This document shows positions 56,295-64,000 of a stretch of 64,000 nucleotides of DNA, piece by piece. The DNA comes from Clostridia bacterium. GTDB taxonomy: Bacteria > Bacillota > Clostridia > Christensenellales > UBA3700. The notes beneath the pieces are model-generated. The model was given only the letters and a program-made list of their open reading frames with translations, had not been told where the DNA came from and searched no databases. Both the position numbers and the translations under genes were made by a program. How positions within the stretch are numbered: the stretch's first letter is position 1; every line of letters starts with the position of its first letter. The DNA is taken from the NCBI GenBank assembly GCA_029060025.1, contig JAIDUV010000024.1, positions 32,786-96,785 of the forward strand. Direction: 5' to 3'.

Positions 56295-58580
56295 TTATTT
56301 TATTCCCGCCTTTTTGTAAATCAACTTTTTGTTGATTTTAGCAAATACGACGAAAGCAAGCGTAATAATAACAGCAATACCTATAATACCCACGGCAAAG
56401 CCAATCTCGGGAGTCATAACAAACTTATCAAATTCTGTGATTTGGTTTTGCATATTTTGCGGCAACGCCGGCAAATTGTAAGCCGAAGCGCCGTCGTTGT
56501 CTCCGTAGTAAATTCGGATCACGTTTATGCTCTGACCGTCTATTCTCGTCGACACGCTTTGTCCGTCGATATTGCAATCTATCTGTATTGGCGCGACCGT
56601 CGTCATACCAGGCGCGTTATACGCCGCTCTCTCCCCGCTAATATATTGCATAGAACTTGCGTTAATCTTACCAAAGCCGTCAAATGCCAAATTCACGTCC
56701 ATTGCGTATGCATTGATGTTGACAATCTTGACGTAAATACTTTGGCTATCTTCGTCCACGGAAGCCGAAGAATATATGCCTTTTGCAGTAATGCCTGTGT
56801 CGATATATCTATTGCCAGTGTTGTTGGCGAAGAGCATTTGATTGAAATAATTGGGCGTAAGCACTATGCCTTGAGAGTCAAACCATATCATATTGATATC
56901 CCAGCACTGCGCGTTTATCTTTGCAAAAGTCGGCGCATAGGACGCCATCTTTACTATGTCGCCGTTGCGCTCGAGCGCAGTCAAATAACTTGCCTCTTCC
57001 ACTGCAGACCAAAGATTGTTTTGCGACCAATACTTGCCGATTCCCCAACTGCTTGCGGCGTATTCGCCTACGAAGACTTTGGCGCTGTCTCTATCATAAC
57101 TGTCGTATCTGTCATTGTGCTTGAATAATTTGTTTTGCGACGTATAGTAATGCTCGTCTACCAACGTGTCTGCATAATCACTGTGGATATGCTCCCAACA
57201 ATCGTCAAATCTCTCTCCGCTGAATTGATATGACGCCGATGAAATTATAGTCAATTCCGGATGAGCCTCTTTGACGGCTTTGTAAAGCGTATCGAAGTTA
57301 CGCCAGTACAGTTCTCCCCAATTCTCGTTGCCAAGACCGATATAACTTATATTAAACGGAGCGGGATGACCGTTTTGCGCTCTCTTTGCTCCCCACTCAG
57401 TTGACACGTCACCGTTGGCGTATTCTATAAGATCCATTATATCCTGAATATATGAGTCAAACTCCGCCGTACCCGGTCTCAACGCAACGCTGTCAAGATA
57501 CGTCTCCCACTCGGCCTTGCTCATTTTGCCTTGCGCGTACTTCTTTGCGTTTTGATTATATTTGGCTTGGAACTGACATATCATTCCCACATTGAGTATT
57601 GGCAAGGCTTCGGCTCCCAAATCTTCGCAGAGTTGAAAGTATTCGTGATAGCCCAGTGCAAACGTGTTGTTGTAATATTTTCCGTTTTCCTCGTCGCGCC
57701 AAATATTGTGATATTGCTCTCGCTCTTCAAGCGGACCTATAGTCTTTTTCCAGTCAAAGAGATGTTCAAAGGTATCGCCCTCGGCAAGACAACCTCCCGG
57801 GAATCTTACAAATGCAGGCGAAAGTTTGTCAAGAGCGTCGTATAGGTCAGCGCGCAAAGATACGTATTTCCACTCTTCTCTTGCATATCCGTAAGAATCG
57901 CGCGGCACCAACGATACAAAGTCTATATCTAGTTTGCCTTTGCCTTGCGCCGTCAATACCAAAGCGCCGTCCTCTGTGGCTTTGCTCTTCAATACACCGC
58001 CGACTTTAACCCATTCGCTCTTTTGCGATGGAAGAGTTAAAGTTATTTTTTCGCTGTTGCTTTCAGAAGAAAGTCCCGCCGACAAAGTCCCTTCAAAATC
58101 ATTTATGCGGACATAAAACGACAAGTCGTATTCCACGTCTTTGTGAAATCCCATATCTGCGATATTCATCTTGTCTTGGTTGTAATTTTTCGTCAAATAG
58201 TCGTAATATTCTATATATCCTAAATTCTCAAGTTTGATTTCTCCGTCTACCGACAAACGCAAATAAGAAGGATTTGCAACGTTAAGTCCATTGCCGCTCT
58301 TTACTTCTGCGTTGCCGTCGATATTCCAGTATGCCGTCTTGTTGGCTTCATACTCAAAACTTCCGTTGTTGACAAGTTCGGATATAAGTCCGCCGTCACC
58401 TGCGTAAGATATGTCTTCCAAAAACAATCCGTACATCGTGTCGGCTATCTCCACTCCCATATTATCTCTAGAGATAGTCGTCTCAACATTTTTTGGCGCT
58501 GAGCAAGCGCAAAATAATCCCAGTCCTGCCGTCAAGATAAGCGTCAATGCAACTGTCAACAAAATTCTGTTTTTCTTCAT
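56295..58580 (-). CDS. GH51 alpha-L-arabinofuranosidase with an N-terminal signal/CBM-like region and a C-terminal TM anchor
   Basis: FVRFPGGCLAEG, IGLGNENWG (acid/base Glu) and FVGEYA motifs. C-terminal helix FAVGIIGIAVIITLAFVVFA followed by KINKK. Confidence 0.8.
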   Translation of the reverse strand: MKKNRILLTVALTLILTAGLGLFCACSAPKNVETTISRDNMGVEIADTMYGLFLEDISYAGDGGLISELVNNGSFEYEANKTAYWNIDGNAEVKSGNGLNVANPSYLRLSVDGEIKLENLGYIEYYDYLTKNYNQDKMNIADMGFHKDVEYDLSFYVRINDFEGTLSAGLSSESNSEKITLTLPSQKSEWVKVGGVLKSKATEDGALVLTAQGKGKLDIDFVSLVPRDSYGYAREEWKYVSLRADLYDALDKLSPAFVRFPGGCLAEGDTFEHLFDWKKTIGPLEEREQYHNIWRDEENGKYYNNTFALGYHEYFQLCEDLGAEALPILNVGMICQFQAKYNQNAKKYAQGKMSKAEWETYLDSVALRPGTAEFDSYIQDIMDLIEYANGDVSTEWGAKRAQNGHPAPFNISYIGLGNENWGELYWRNFDTLYKAVKEAHPELTIISSASYQFSGERFDDCWEHIHSDYADTLVDEHYYTSQNKLFKHNDRYDSYDRDSAKVFVGEYAASSWGIGKYWSQNNLWSAVEEASYLTALERNGDIVKMASYAPTFAKINAQCWDINMIWFDSQGIVLTPNYFNQMLFANNTGNRYIDTGITAKGIYSSASVDEDSQSIYVKIVNINAYAMDVNLAFDGFGKINASSMQYISGERAAYNAPGMTTVAPIQIDCNIDGQSVSTRIDGQSINVIRIYYGDNDGASAYNLPALPQNMQNQITEFDKFVMTPEIGFAVGIIGIAVIITLAFVVFAKINKKLIYKKAGIK

Positions 58581-58741
58581 ACTTTCCCTCGTATCTTAGA
58601 TATAAAAAATTATAACATAGCGGCAATACAGTGTCAATGGACAAAATTTTTTAGTTTATGTATAAAACCTACAAAAATAACAAGAAATGATATTGATTGC
58701 TTAACAATTTTTCGTTATAATAAATTTAAGGAGGGATAATT

Positions 58742-59083
58742 ATGAAGTGGATAATGGGACTGCTTTTACCAACGCTTTTTTCTATAATTGCATTGATAAT
58801 GCTTATTGCAAAGCCAAACCCTAATTCCGTATTTGGCTATAGAACTTTAAGAAGCACTTCTGACGAAAGAGTATGGTATTTTGCCAACAAAGTCTGGTCG
58901 ATTGCGACTATACTTTTAAGTCTGCTCTTTTGTATTCCTACAGTATGCCTAGTAAATTGCTTTATCGAAGATATTTTGACAGTCGTCCTATTGGATATGG
59001 CTGCGGCATTAACTACGTTGTTTGCTTCAATAATAATTACCCAGATACTTATCAGGCGCAAATTCGGCAAAAAAAGAAATTAA
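58742..59083 (+). CDS. SdpI/YhfL-family membrane protein
   Basis: 113 aa; PNPNSVFGYRTLRSTSDERVWYFANK signature. Confidence 0.75.
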   Translation: MKWIMGLLLPTLFSIIALIMLIAKPNPNSVFGYRTLRSTSDERVWYFANKVWSIATILLSLLFCIPTVCLVNCFIEDILTVVLLDMAAALTTLFASIIITQILIRRKFGKKRN

Positions 59084-59094
59084 GTTGCATTATA

Positions 59095-60228
59095 TTACAA
59101 GAGTGTATTTACGTATACTCTCGGCACTCTTGGCGCAATACTGCAGACTATCTCATAATTTATCGTACCAGCGAGGTCTGCCAATTCTTCTGCAGATATG
59201 ACTTGATTTGCATTTTTTCCCATAAGCGTAACCTTATCTCCGACCTTTACGCCATCTATGTGCGTGATATCTATCATCATTTGATCCATACAGATACGAC
59301 CTATGACTGGCGCTTTTTCTCCTTTCACAAGCACGCAACTCTTACCTGACAGCGCTCTGGGATAGCCGTCACCGTATCCAACTGCAACGGTTGCAACGAC
59401 AGTATCGTCACGAGTGATATAGTCTCCGCCATAACTAATGCAATGACCTTTAGGAAGAGTCTTGATGTGCGCGATATACGAATACCAACTCATTGCCGGT
59501 CTTAAATCTTGGCATTTAACGGCGGACAACGGACTTAGTCCGTAAGTCATTACCCCCATACGCACCATATCGCAGTTGCAATTCTCAACGTCTAATATGC
59601 TTGCGCTGTTGGCAACGTGGCGCAGACCAACGTCTGCGCCTTCTCTTTTAAGTCTCTCAACAAATTCGTCAAAGAGTCTCTTCTGCATATACGTATACGA
59701 CTTGTCTGTCTCGTCGGCTTTTGAAAAATGCGTAAACACGCCCTTTATCTCCAGATTGCCAAGACGGCAAACTTCGACGGCCTGATTTACTTCTTCAGGT
59801 AAAAATCCTATACGCCCCATTCCTGTGTCTACGGCTATATGCGTTTTAATCCGCTTTCCGACAGTTTTGCAAAAGTCATTTAGCCAACGCGCACACTCCA
59901 ATGAGTGAGCCGTAACTTCTATATCGTAATCTATTGCGTCTTTATACCTGCTCCTAGCAATATCACCTACTATGAGTATCGGCAGGGCTACGCCGCTTTG
60001 TCTTAGTTCTATTCCTTCATCGACAGTCGCAACGCCAAGATAATCAATCAAGTCTTGGCAATACTTTGTCACCGCCACAGCGCCGTGACCATAAGCATTT
60101 GCTTTGACAAGGCACATAATCTTGACGCCATCTCCCACCTTGTCTCTTGCAATTTGTATATTATGCCGTAGCGCCTCGACGTCTATCTCAACGTACGTCC
60201 TATCCGTCAACTTATTATATTCTTGCAA
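59095..60228 (-). CDS. alr: Alanine racemase
   Basis: 377 aa; VKANAYGHG PLP-Lys motif and a C-terminal beta domain. Confidence 0.93.
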   Translation of the reverse strand: MQEYNKLTDRTYVEIDVEALRHNIQIARDKVGDGVKIMCLVKANAYGHGAVAVTKYCQDLIDYLGVATVDEGIELRQSGVALPILIVGDIARSRYKDAIDYDIEVTAHSLECARWLNDFCKTVGKRIKTHIAVDTGMGRIGFLPEEVNQAVEVCRLGNLEIKGVFTHFSKADETDKSYTYMQKRLFDEFVERLKREGADVGLRHVANSASILDVENCNCDMVRMGVMTYGLSPLSAVKCQDLRPAMSWYSYIAHIKTLPKGHCISYGGDYITRDDTVVATVAVGYGDGYPRALSGKSCVLVKGEKAPVIGRICMDQMMIDITHIDGVKVGDKVTLMGKNANQVISAEELADLAGTINYEIVCSIAPRVPRVYVNTLL

Positions 60229-60231
60229 AAT

Positions 60232-61071
60232 CTACTCCGTCGCTCTATTAAATTCGTCAAGCAGATAACATTGCAACTTCTTTATCAAGTCTTCTGCCTT
60301 ACCGCCGACGGATAGTCCATCGACTTTGCCCACTTGAAGACAAAGCGAACCCGAACTTGTAATAATAACTTCGTCTGCGTCAAAGACGTCTTGCAAACAA
60401 AACGGCTCTATACGCACAGGTATATCTAGATTTTGGCAAGCCTTTATTAAATGGTCTCTTGCGACGCCTTTTAATATATAACAATCGGCAGGGGGAGTAA
60501 TCAGAGTTCCATCTTTGATGATATGTACGTTGCTGTGAGCGCACTCCGTAACCCTGTCCCCCCTATGAAACAGCGCCTCGTGCACACCTGCGCGCATAGC
60601 CTTTTGCGATGCCATTACGCTTGGTATCAGATTGAGCGTCTTTATATTACAGTGCAAAAATCTCGTATCTTCGACAGTGATAAGGTCTATTTTGTCCGCC
60701 ATATCAACTATGTCGCAAGGACGGATAGTAATCCAAATATTGGCAAGCATATCGTCGGAATACGTATGATTGCGAATTGCCGTTCCGCGCGTGGCTTGCC
60801 AGCATATCACAAGGTTGCCGTCGTCACACTTATTGACCATCTCTTGCAAGAGATATTTCATTCCCGCCTTATCGTGCGGTATGCGTATATCTAAAAGTCT
60901 TGCGCTGTCAAAAAATCTGTCGATATGCTCGTCAAGCGTAAATATCTTGTGATTTCGTGAATAAGTCACGTCGTATACTCCGTCGCCAAAACTGCATACC
61001 CTGTCCAACATAGGTATTTGCATATCCTCTATTTCGCCGTATTTTCCGTTGTAATATCCCAAAGTCTTCAT
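60232..61071 (-). CDS. dat: D-amino-acid (D-alanine) aminotransferase, class IV
   Basis: Fold-type IV aminotransferase pattern, immediately upstream of alr. Start trimmed to the ATG at 61071 (MKTLGYYNGKY), which has AGAGG upstream. Confidence 0.82.
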   Translation of the reverse strand: MKTLGYYNGKYGEIEDMQIPMLDRVCSFGDGVYDVTYSRNHKIFTLDEHIDRFFDSARLLDIRIPHDKAGMKYLLQEMVNKCDDGNLVICWQATRGTAIRNHTYSDDMLANIWITIRPCDIVDMADKIDLITVEDTRFLHCNIKTLNLIPSVMASQKAMRAGVHEALFHRGDRVTECAHSNVHIIKDGTLITPPADCYILKGVARDHLIKACQNLDIPVRIEPFCLQDVFDADEVIITSSGSLCLQVGKVDGLSVGGKAEDLIKKLQCYLLDEFNRATE

Positions 61072-61183
61072 AATTCGCCTCTTTTCAATATTGCCTATTC
61101 TATTATATAAATTCACTTTGGCAATATGACACTCAATGCCTTTAATTATCCATAATATACCTCTTGAAATTCACATATTTTTA

Positions 61184-61212
61184 TTGACGAAAATATTTTG
61201 TATTGTTATAAT
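61184..61212 (+). promoter_or_regulatory. Sigma-70-type promoter
   Basis: TTGACG, 17 nt, TATAAT. Confidence 0.6.
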
Positions 61213-61242
61213 AAGTAAAATCAAATATCAAGAAGGTGTATA

Positions 61243-62064
61243 ATGTCAAAAAATTCTAAGACGTCATTTGATAGAGATCTTTCTATGGAGATAAAAGAAG
61301 ATGAAGAATTGCTTTGGCGCGGCGTTCCGCAAAAAGCGTCATTTATTCTTTCAAAGAGCGTTCAACTTATGCCTATTGCACTGTTGTGGCTATGTTTTGA
61401 CGGATTTGCAATATCTATGATTTTCAGTACCGACGTACCAAAAGGCATAATGATATTTATGTTGGTATTCTTTGCATTTCACCTTATGCCAGTCTGGTTC
61501 TGGATACACAGTGTATTTAGCGCAAGAAGAAAACATAAATTGATAGAATACGCTTTTACAAATCAAAGGGTAATAGTACGCGACGGAGGTATAATAAAAA
61601 GTTATGCTTATTCAGATCTCTATAAAGTCTCTGTCAAAGTCGGTTTTATCGACAGACTTTTTAAGGTTGGAGACATTACTCTGTCTGGACATAATAAAGT
61701 GGTATTATTGGATATCGACAGCCCTTATGCCGTCGGCAACAAACTTCAAAAATTTATAGAAGATTTTGCCGAGCAGCGAAAAAAACAAAACGCGTTGCGT
61801 AGAAGAAACAGTGAATACGAAGAATATCACGAAAACGGCGAATATGACGACTATAACGACGCAGAGTATTATGACGGTGATTATTACGACGACAGTAAAT
61901 ATACTTACGCTGACTCATATAATAATGATTTTGAAGAAATCTCTTCTGCAGCCCCTATAGGCAGATTTACCTCAAAGAAAATGCCTGACGAAGCAGACAA
62001 GACTGAGGAAGACGAATATTTAGATAATATATTGGACTCTATAGATAAAAAGGACGAGTTCTAA
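61243..62064 (+). CDS. Bacterial PH-domain (YdbS/bPH_2-like) membrane protein with a Tyr/Asp/Glu-rich tail
   Basis: LWRGVPQ..., two TM helices, a ...YAFTNQRVIVRDGG... PH-like core and the tail EYEEYHENGEYDDYNDAEYYDGDYYDD. Confidence 0.7.
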   Translation: MSKNSKTSFDRDLSMEIKEDEELLWRGVPQKASFILSKSVQLMPIALLWLCFDGFAISMIFSTDVPKGIMIFMLVFFAFHLMPVWFWIHSVFSARRKHKLIEYAFTNQRVIVRDGGIIKSYAYSDLYKVSVKVGFIDRLFKVGDITLSGHNKVVLLDIDSPYAVGNKLQKFIEDFAEQRKKQNALRRRNSEYEEYHENGEYDDYNDAEYYDGDYYDDSKYTYADSYNNDFEEISSAAPIGRFTSKKMPDEADKTEEDEYLDNILDSIDKKDEF

Positions 62065-62278
62065 ATAAATACTGAAAAGATTAACCCTCTAAAAGTCTAT
62101 CCATATACCCTTGCGCCTTTTCTTGTTTTTGGACAGACAATTTTCTAAAAGTTCTTACCATAGACACTCTTAAAAAAAGACAAAGAAATATCTTTCTGAT
62201 CTTGAAATATCAGATTACTTTGAGGAGTACTTCTTCTGGGAGGTTAATTATGCGATAGTTGAACTCACAAAATAATTA

Positions 62279-62530
62279 CTAGAAATTCTCTTTAATTCCC
62301 AAGAAATAATCGGCTGAAACATTAAACGCCAATGAGATACGTCTCAAGGTGTCGTACCCCGGTTTGGCTTTACCGCTTAGCCATTCGCTTACTTGACTTT
62401 GCCTTACGCCTATAGCATTGGCGAAAGTCGTCTGCGTCAAATTATTTATGAGCAAAAACTCCTTTAAAATTTCGTCAAAACTAGGTTCCATACCTTTATT
62501 ATATAGAAAATTCGATAAAATACTTGACAT
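62279..62530 (-). CDS. XRE-family HTH regulator
   Basis: LTQTTFANAIGVRQSQVSEWLSGKAKP...ISLAFNVSADYFLG. The true start may be the internal Met (MEPSFDEIL). Confidence 0.8.
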   Translation of the reverse strand: MSSILSNFLYNKGMEPSFDEILKEFLLINNLTQTTFANAIGVRQSQVSEWLSGKAKPGYDTLRRISLAFNVSADYFLGIKENF

Positions 62531-62552
62531 ATCGAATTTTCTATGTCATTAT
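62503..62552. promoter_or_regulatory. 14-bp perfect inverted repeat around the XRE start, overlapping a plus-strand promoter-like element
   Basis: atagaaaattcgat (62503-62516) and atcgaattttctat (62531-62544). Plus strand: TTGACA (62524-62529), 17 nt, CATTAT (62547-62552), facing the recombinase gene. Confidence 0.5.
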
Positions 62553-62779
62553 TAAATATTTTACTATTTTTATTTTTATTTTCGACATTTTAAATTTTTA
62601 GTTGTCAAAATATTTAAAAATCTTGGACTTGTTAAAATATATTTGCTATTCTTTTATCATACCCATTGACACGCCAATTAGAACACAAATTGATTAAAGC
62701 GTAAAAATTAAGACGCTCTACGTGCTCTCTACGGTCAGTGCAGTAGGAAGACAAAACCAATGAAAAGGAGACAACAAAA

Positions 62780-63379
62780 TTGCAATACGGTTATGCACGC
62801 GTATCTGCCTCTGATCAAAACCTTGGCAGACAAATCGAAGAATTTTTAAAATTCGGAATTGAAAAAAACAATATTTTTAGCGATAAAAAAAGTGGCAAAA
62901 ACTTTGATCGCAAAGAATACACCCGCCTTCTCAAAAGATTGAGAGCGGGAGATCTTCTGGTCGTAAAATCAATAGATAGATTGGGGCGAAACTATGAGGC
63001 TATCATTGATGAATGGAAAAAAATCACTTCTCATATAGGCGCCGACATATTAGTGCTGGATATGCCATTGCTCGACACCAGAGACAAAGCCGATAATCTT
63101 GTGGGAAAATTTATTTCAGACATCGTCCTGCAACTTCTGTCTTTCGTAGCCGAAAACGAAAGACAGAATATCAGAGCCAGACAAGCCGAAGGAATTGCAT
63201 TAGCCAAACAGCGTGGTATTAGTTTTGGCAGACCCAAGAAAAAGTATACTGCAATGTTTGTCGAAGTCACCGAACTTTACAACGAGAAGAAAATCGTGCT
63301 CTCTGACGCGCTTGATTTGCTTGACGTCAAACAATCGACATTTTATTATCACCTACATAAATTACATAAAGACTTTTAA
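62780..63379 (+). CDS. Small serine recombinase (resolvase/invertase family)
   Basis: 199 aa with a TTG start and GGAG upstream. YGYARVSASDQNLGRQ catalytic-Ser motif, ...VKSIDRLGRN... and a C-terminal HTH. Confidence 0.9.
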   Translation: MQYGYARVSASDQNLGRQIEEFLKFGIEKNNIFSDKKSGKNFDRKEYTRLLKRLRAGDLLVVKSIDRLGRNYEAIIDEWKKITSHIGADILVLDMPLLDTRDKADNLVGKFISDIVLQLLSFVAENERQNIRARQAEGIALAKQRGISFGRPKKKYTAMFVEVTELYNEKKIVLSDALDLLDVKQSTFYYHLHKLHKDF

Positions 63380-63382
63380 AAT

Positions 63383-63416
63383 AAAAAATGCGTCACTTTG
63401 AGGTGACGCATTTTTG
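63383..63416. terminator. Bidirectional terminator between convergent genes
   Basis: atgcgtcac / gtgacgcat stem flanked by an A-run and a T-run. Confidence 0.85.
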
Positions 63417-63434
63417 TTGAAAAACGATATTTTG

Positions 63435-64000
63435 TTATTTCTTAGTTGTCTTCTTTGCCGCAGTCGTCTTAGTTGCAGTAGCCTTTGCAGCAGGCTTCTT
63501 AGCAGCGGTTGTTGTCTTGGTTGCCGTAGTCTTCTTTGCAGCCGTAGACTTGCTTGCTGCAGCCTTTGTCGCTGGCTTAGCGGCGGTAGTAGTTTTCTTA
63601 GCCGTAGTTGCAGTAGCCTTTGCAGCAGGCTTCTTAGCCGCGGTAGTTGCCTTAGATGCCGTTGTCTTGCTAGCAGTAGACTTAGTAGCCGTAGTTTTCT
63701 TTGCGGCAGCAGTCTTTGTAGTAGCAGTCTTTGTAGCGGCAGGTTTCTTAGCAGCAGTTGCTGTCTTGGTTGCCGAAGCCTTTGTCGCGGTGGACTTGCT
63801 TGCAGCAGTCTTAGTTGCGGGCTTAGCGGCAGTAGTAGTCTTCTTTGCAGCAGTCGCCTTGCTTGCGGTAGACTTAGTTGCAGCAGGTTTCTTAGCAGCA
63901 GTTGTCGTCTTCTTCGCCGTGGTAGTCTTCTTTGCGGCGCTAGTCTTGGCAGCAGTCTTCTTTGCTGGAGCCTTTTTCTCTTCGACTACTTCTTCTTGAG
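63435..64000 (-). CDS. C-terminal Lys/Ala/Thr-rich repeat region (histone-H1-like tail) of a protein whose 5' end lies beyond the window
   Basis: Manual minus-strand translation: ...QEEVVEEKKAPAKKTAAKTSAAKKTTTAKK...AAKKPAATKSTASKATAAKKTTTAAKPATK...AAKKPAAKATATKTTAAKKTTKK*. The stop is at 63435-63437, just before the terminator. The frame is open to the window edge. Confidence 0.65.
   Translation of the reverse strand, partial: QEEVVEEKKAPAKKTAAKTSAAKKTTTAKKTTTAAKKPAATKSTASKATAAKKTTTAAKPATKTAASKSTATKASATKTATAAKKPAATKTATTKTAAAKKTTATKSTASKTTASKATTAAKKPAAKATATTAKKTTTAAKPATKAAASKSTAAKKTTATKTTTAAKKPAAKATATKTTAAKKTTKK

Noticed and set aside
62800-62830. tctgatcaaaaccttggcaga, which resembles a hix/gix-type invertase crossover site
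   Set aside because: It encodes the conserved S-x-DQ-x-L-x-RQ catalytic motif of the recombinase itself. The resemblance is explained by coding constraint, and no partner site was found.
63517-63999. 160-aa plus-strand ORF made only of A/V/F/L/G
   Set aside because: It is the mirror image of the K/A/T-rich minus-strand frame. A charge-free hydrophobic polymer that starts right after a terminator is implausible. The minus frame ends neatly 18 nt before the bidirectional terminator.
63440-64000. Possible CRISPR-like or satellite repeat array
   Set aside because: The periodicity is imperfect, in-frame and coding (Lys/Ala/Thr repeats). There are no unique spacers between conserved repeats and no cas genes.

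Overview
This is a 64-kb chromosomal window from a low-GC genome that uses the standard code (TGA is a stop) and looks like a gut-type Bacillota/Firmicutes. tRNA genes encode their CCA ends, and promoters are sigma-70-like (TTGACA, 17 nt, TATAAT). About 52 protein genes are present, mostly on the minus strand.

Content:
- Housekeeping genes: secA (partial at the left edge and absent from the ORF track), typA, alr-dat and msrA.
- Ten tRNA genes: a 9-gene array plus tRNA-Thr.
- Scattered glycan-utilisation genes: a GH2 beta-galactosidase, a GH20 hexosaminidase, a GH51 arabinofuranosidase and a GPH symporter.
- Efflux genes: a MATE pump fused to a cytidylate-kinase-like domain, and a TetR + ABC-2 operon.
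- Envelope-type modules: PadR-DUF1700-DUF4097, and MerR next to a DUF4097-like lipoprotein.
- Large membrane-anchored surface proteins: a 1882-aa GLUG/Ig-repeat lipoprotein and a ~792-aa DUF285/BspA-type LRR protein.
- One ~3.8-kb integrative element next to tRNA-Lys(CTT). It carries a large serine recombinase and a phiX-type two-tyrosine HUH Rep.
- A small resolvase/invertase with an XRE regulator.
- A Lys/Ala/Thr-rich repeat protein that runs off the right edge.

I saw no rRNA, CRISPR array, cas gene, reverse transcriptase or recognisable defence operon.

Most interesting observations (all hypotheses):
1. The BspA-like surface protein gene overlaps (TAATG) a gene for a single-pass membrane protein whose cytoplasmic C-terminus looks like ribosomal protein uL15.
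2. The small integrative rolling-circle element has three GC-rich nested hairpin regions. One carries a CTTGATAT nick-site-like core.
3. A ~93-bp promoter-plus-hairpin module is present twice at about 91% identity. It is a candidate sRNA or leader.
4. A 30-bp inverted repeat brackets a consensus promoter between the giant adhesin gene and typA.
5. Short motifs (GTCGAAA and an AGAYYTCTCCA...TGACA family) recur in intergenic DNA.

I cannot point to a single clear-cut novel system. Everything rests on reading the sequence and on recalled family signatures. No searches were run.
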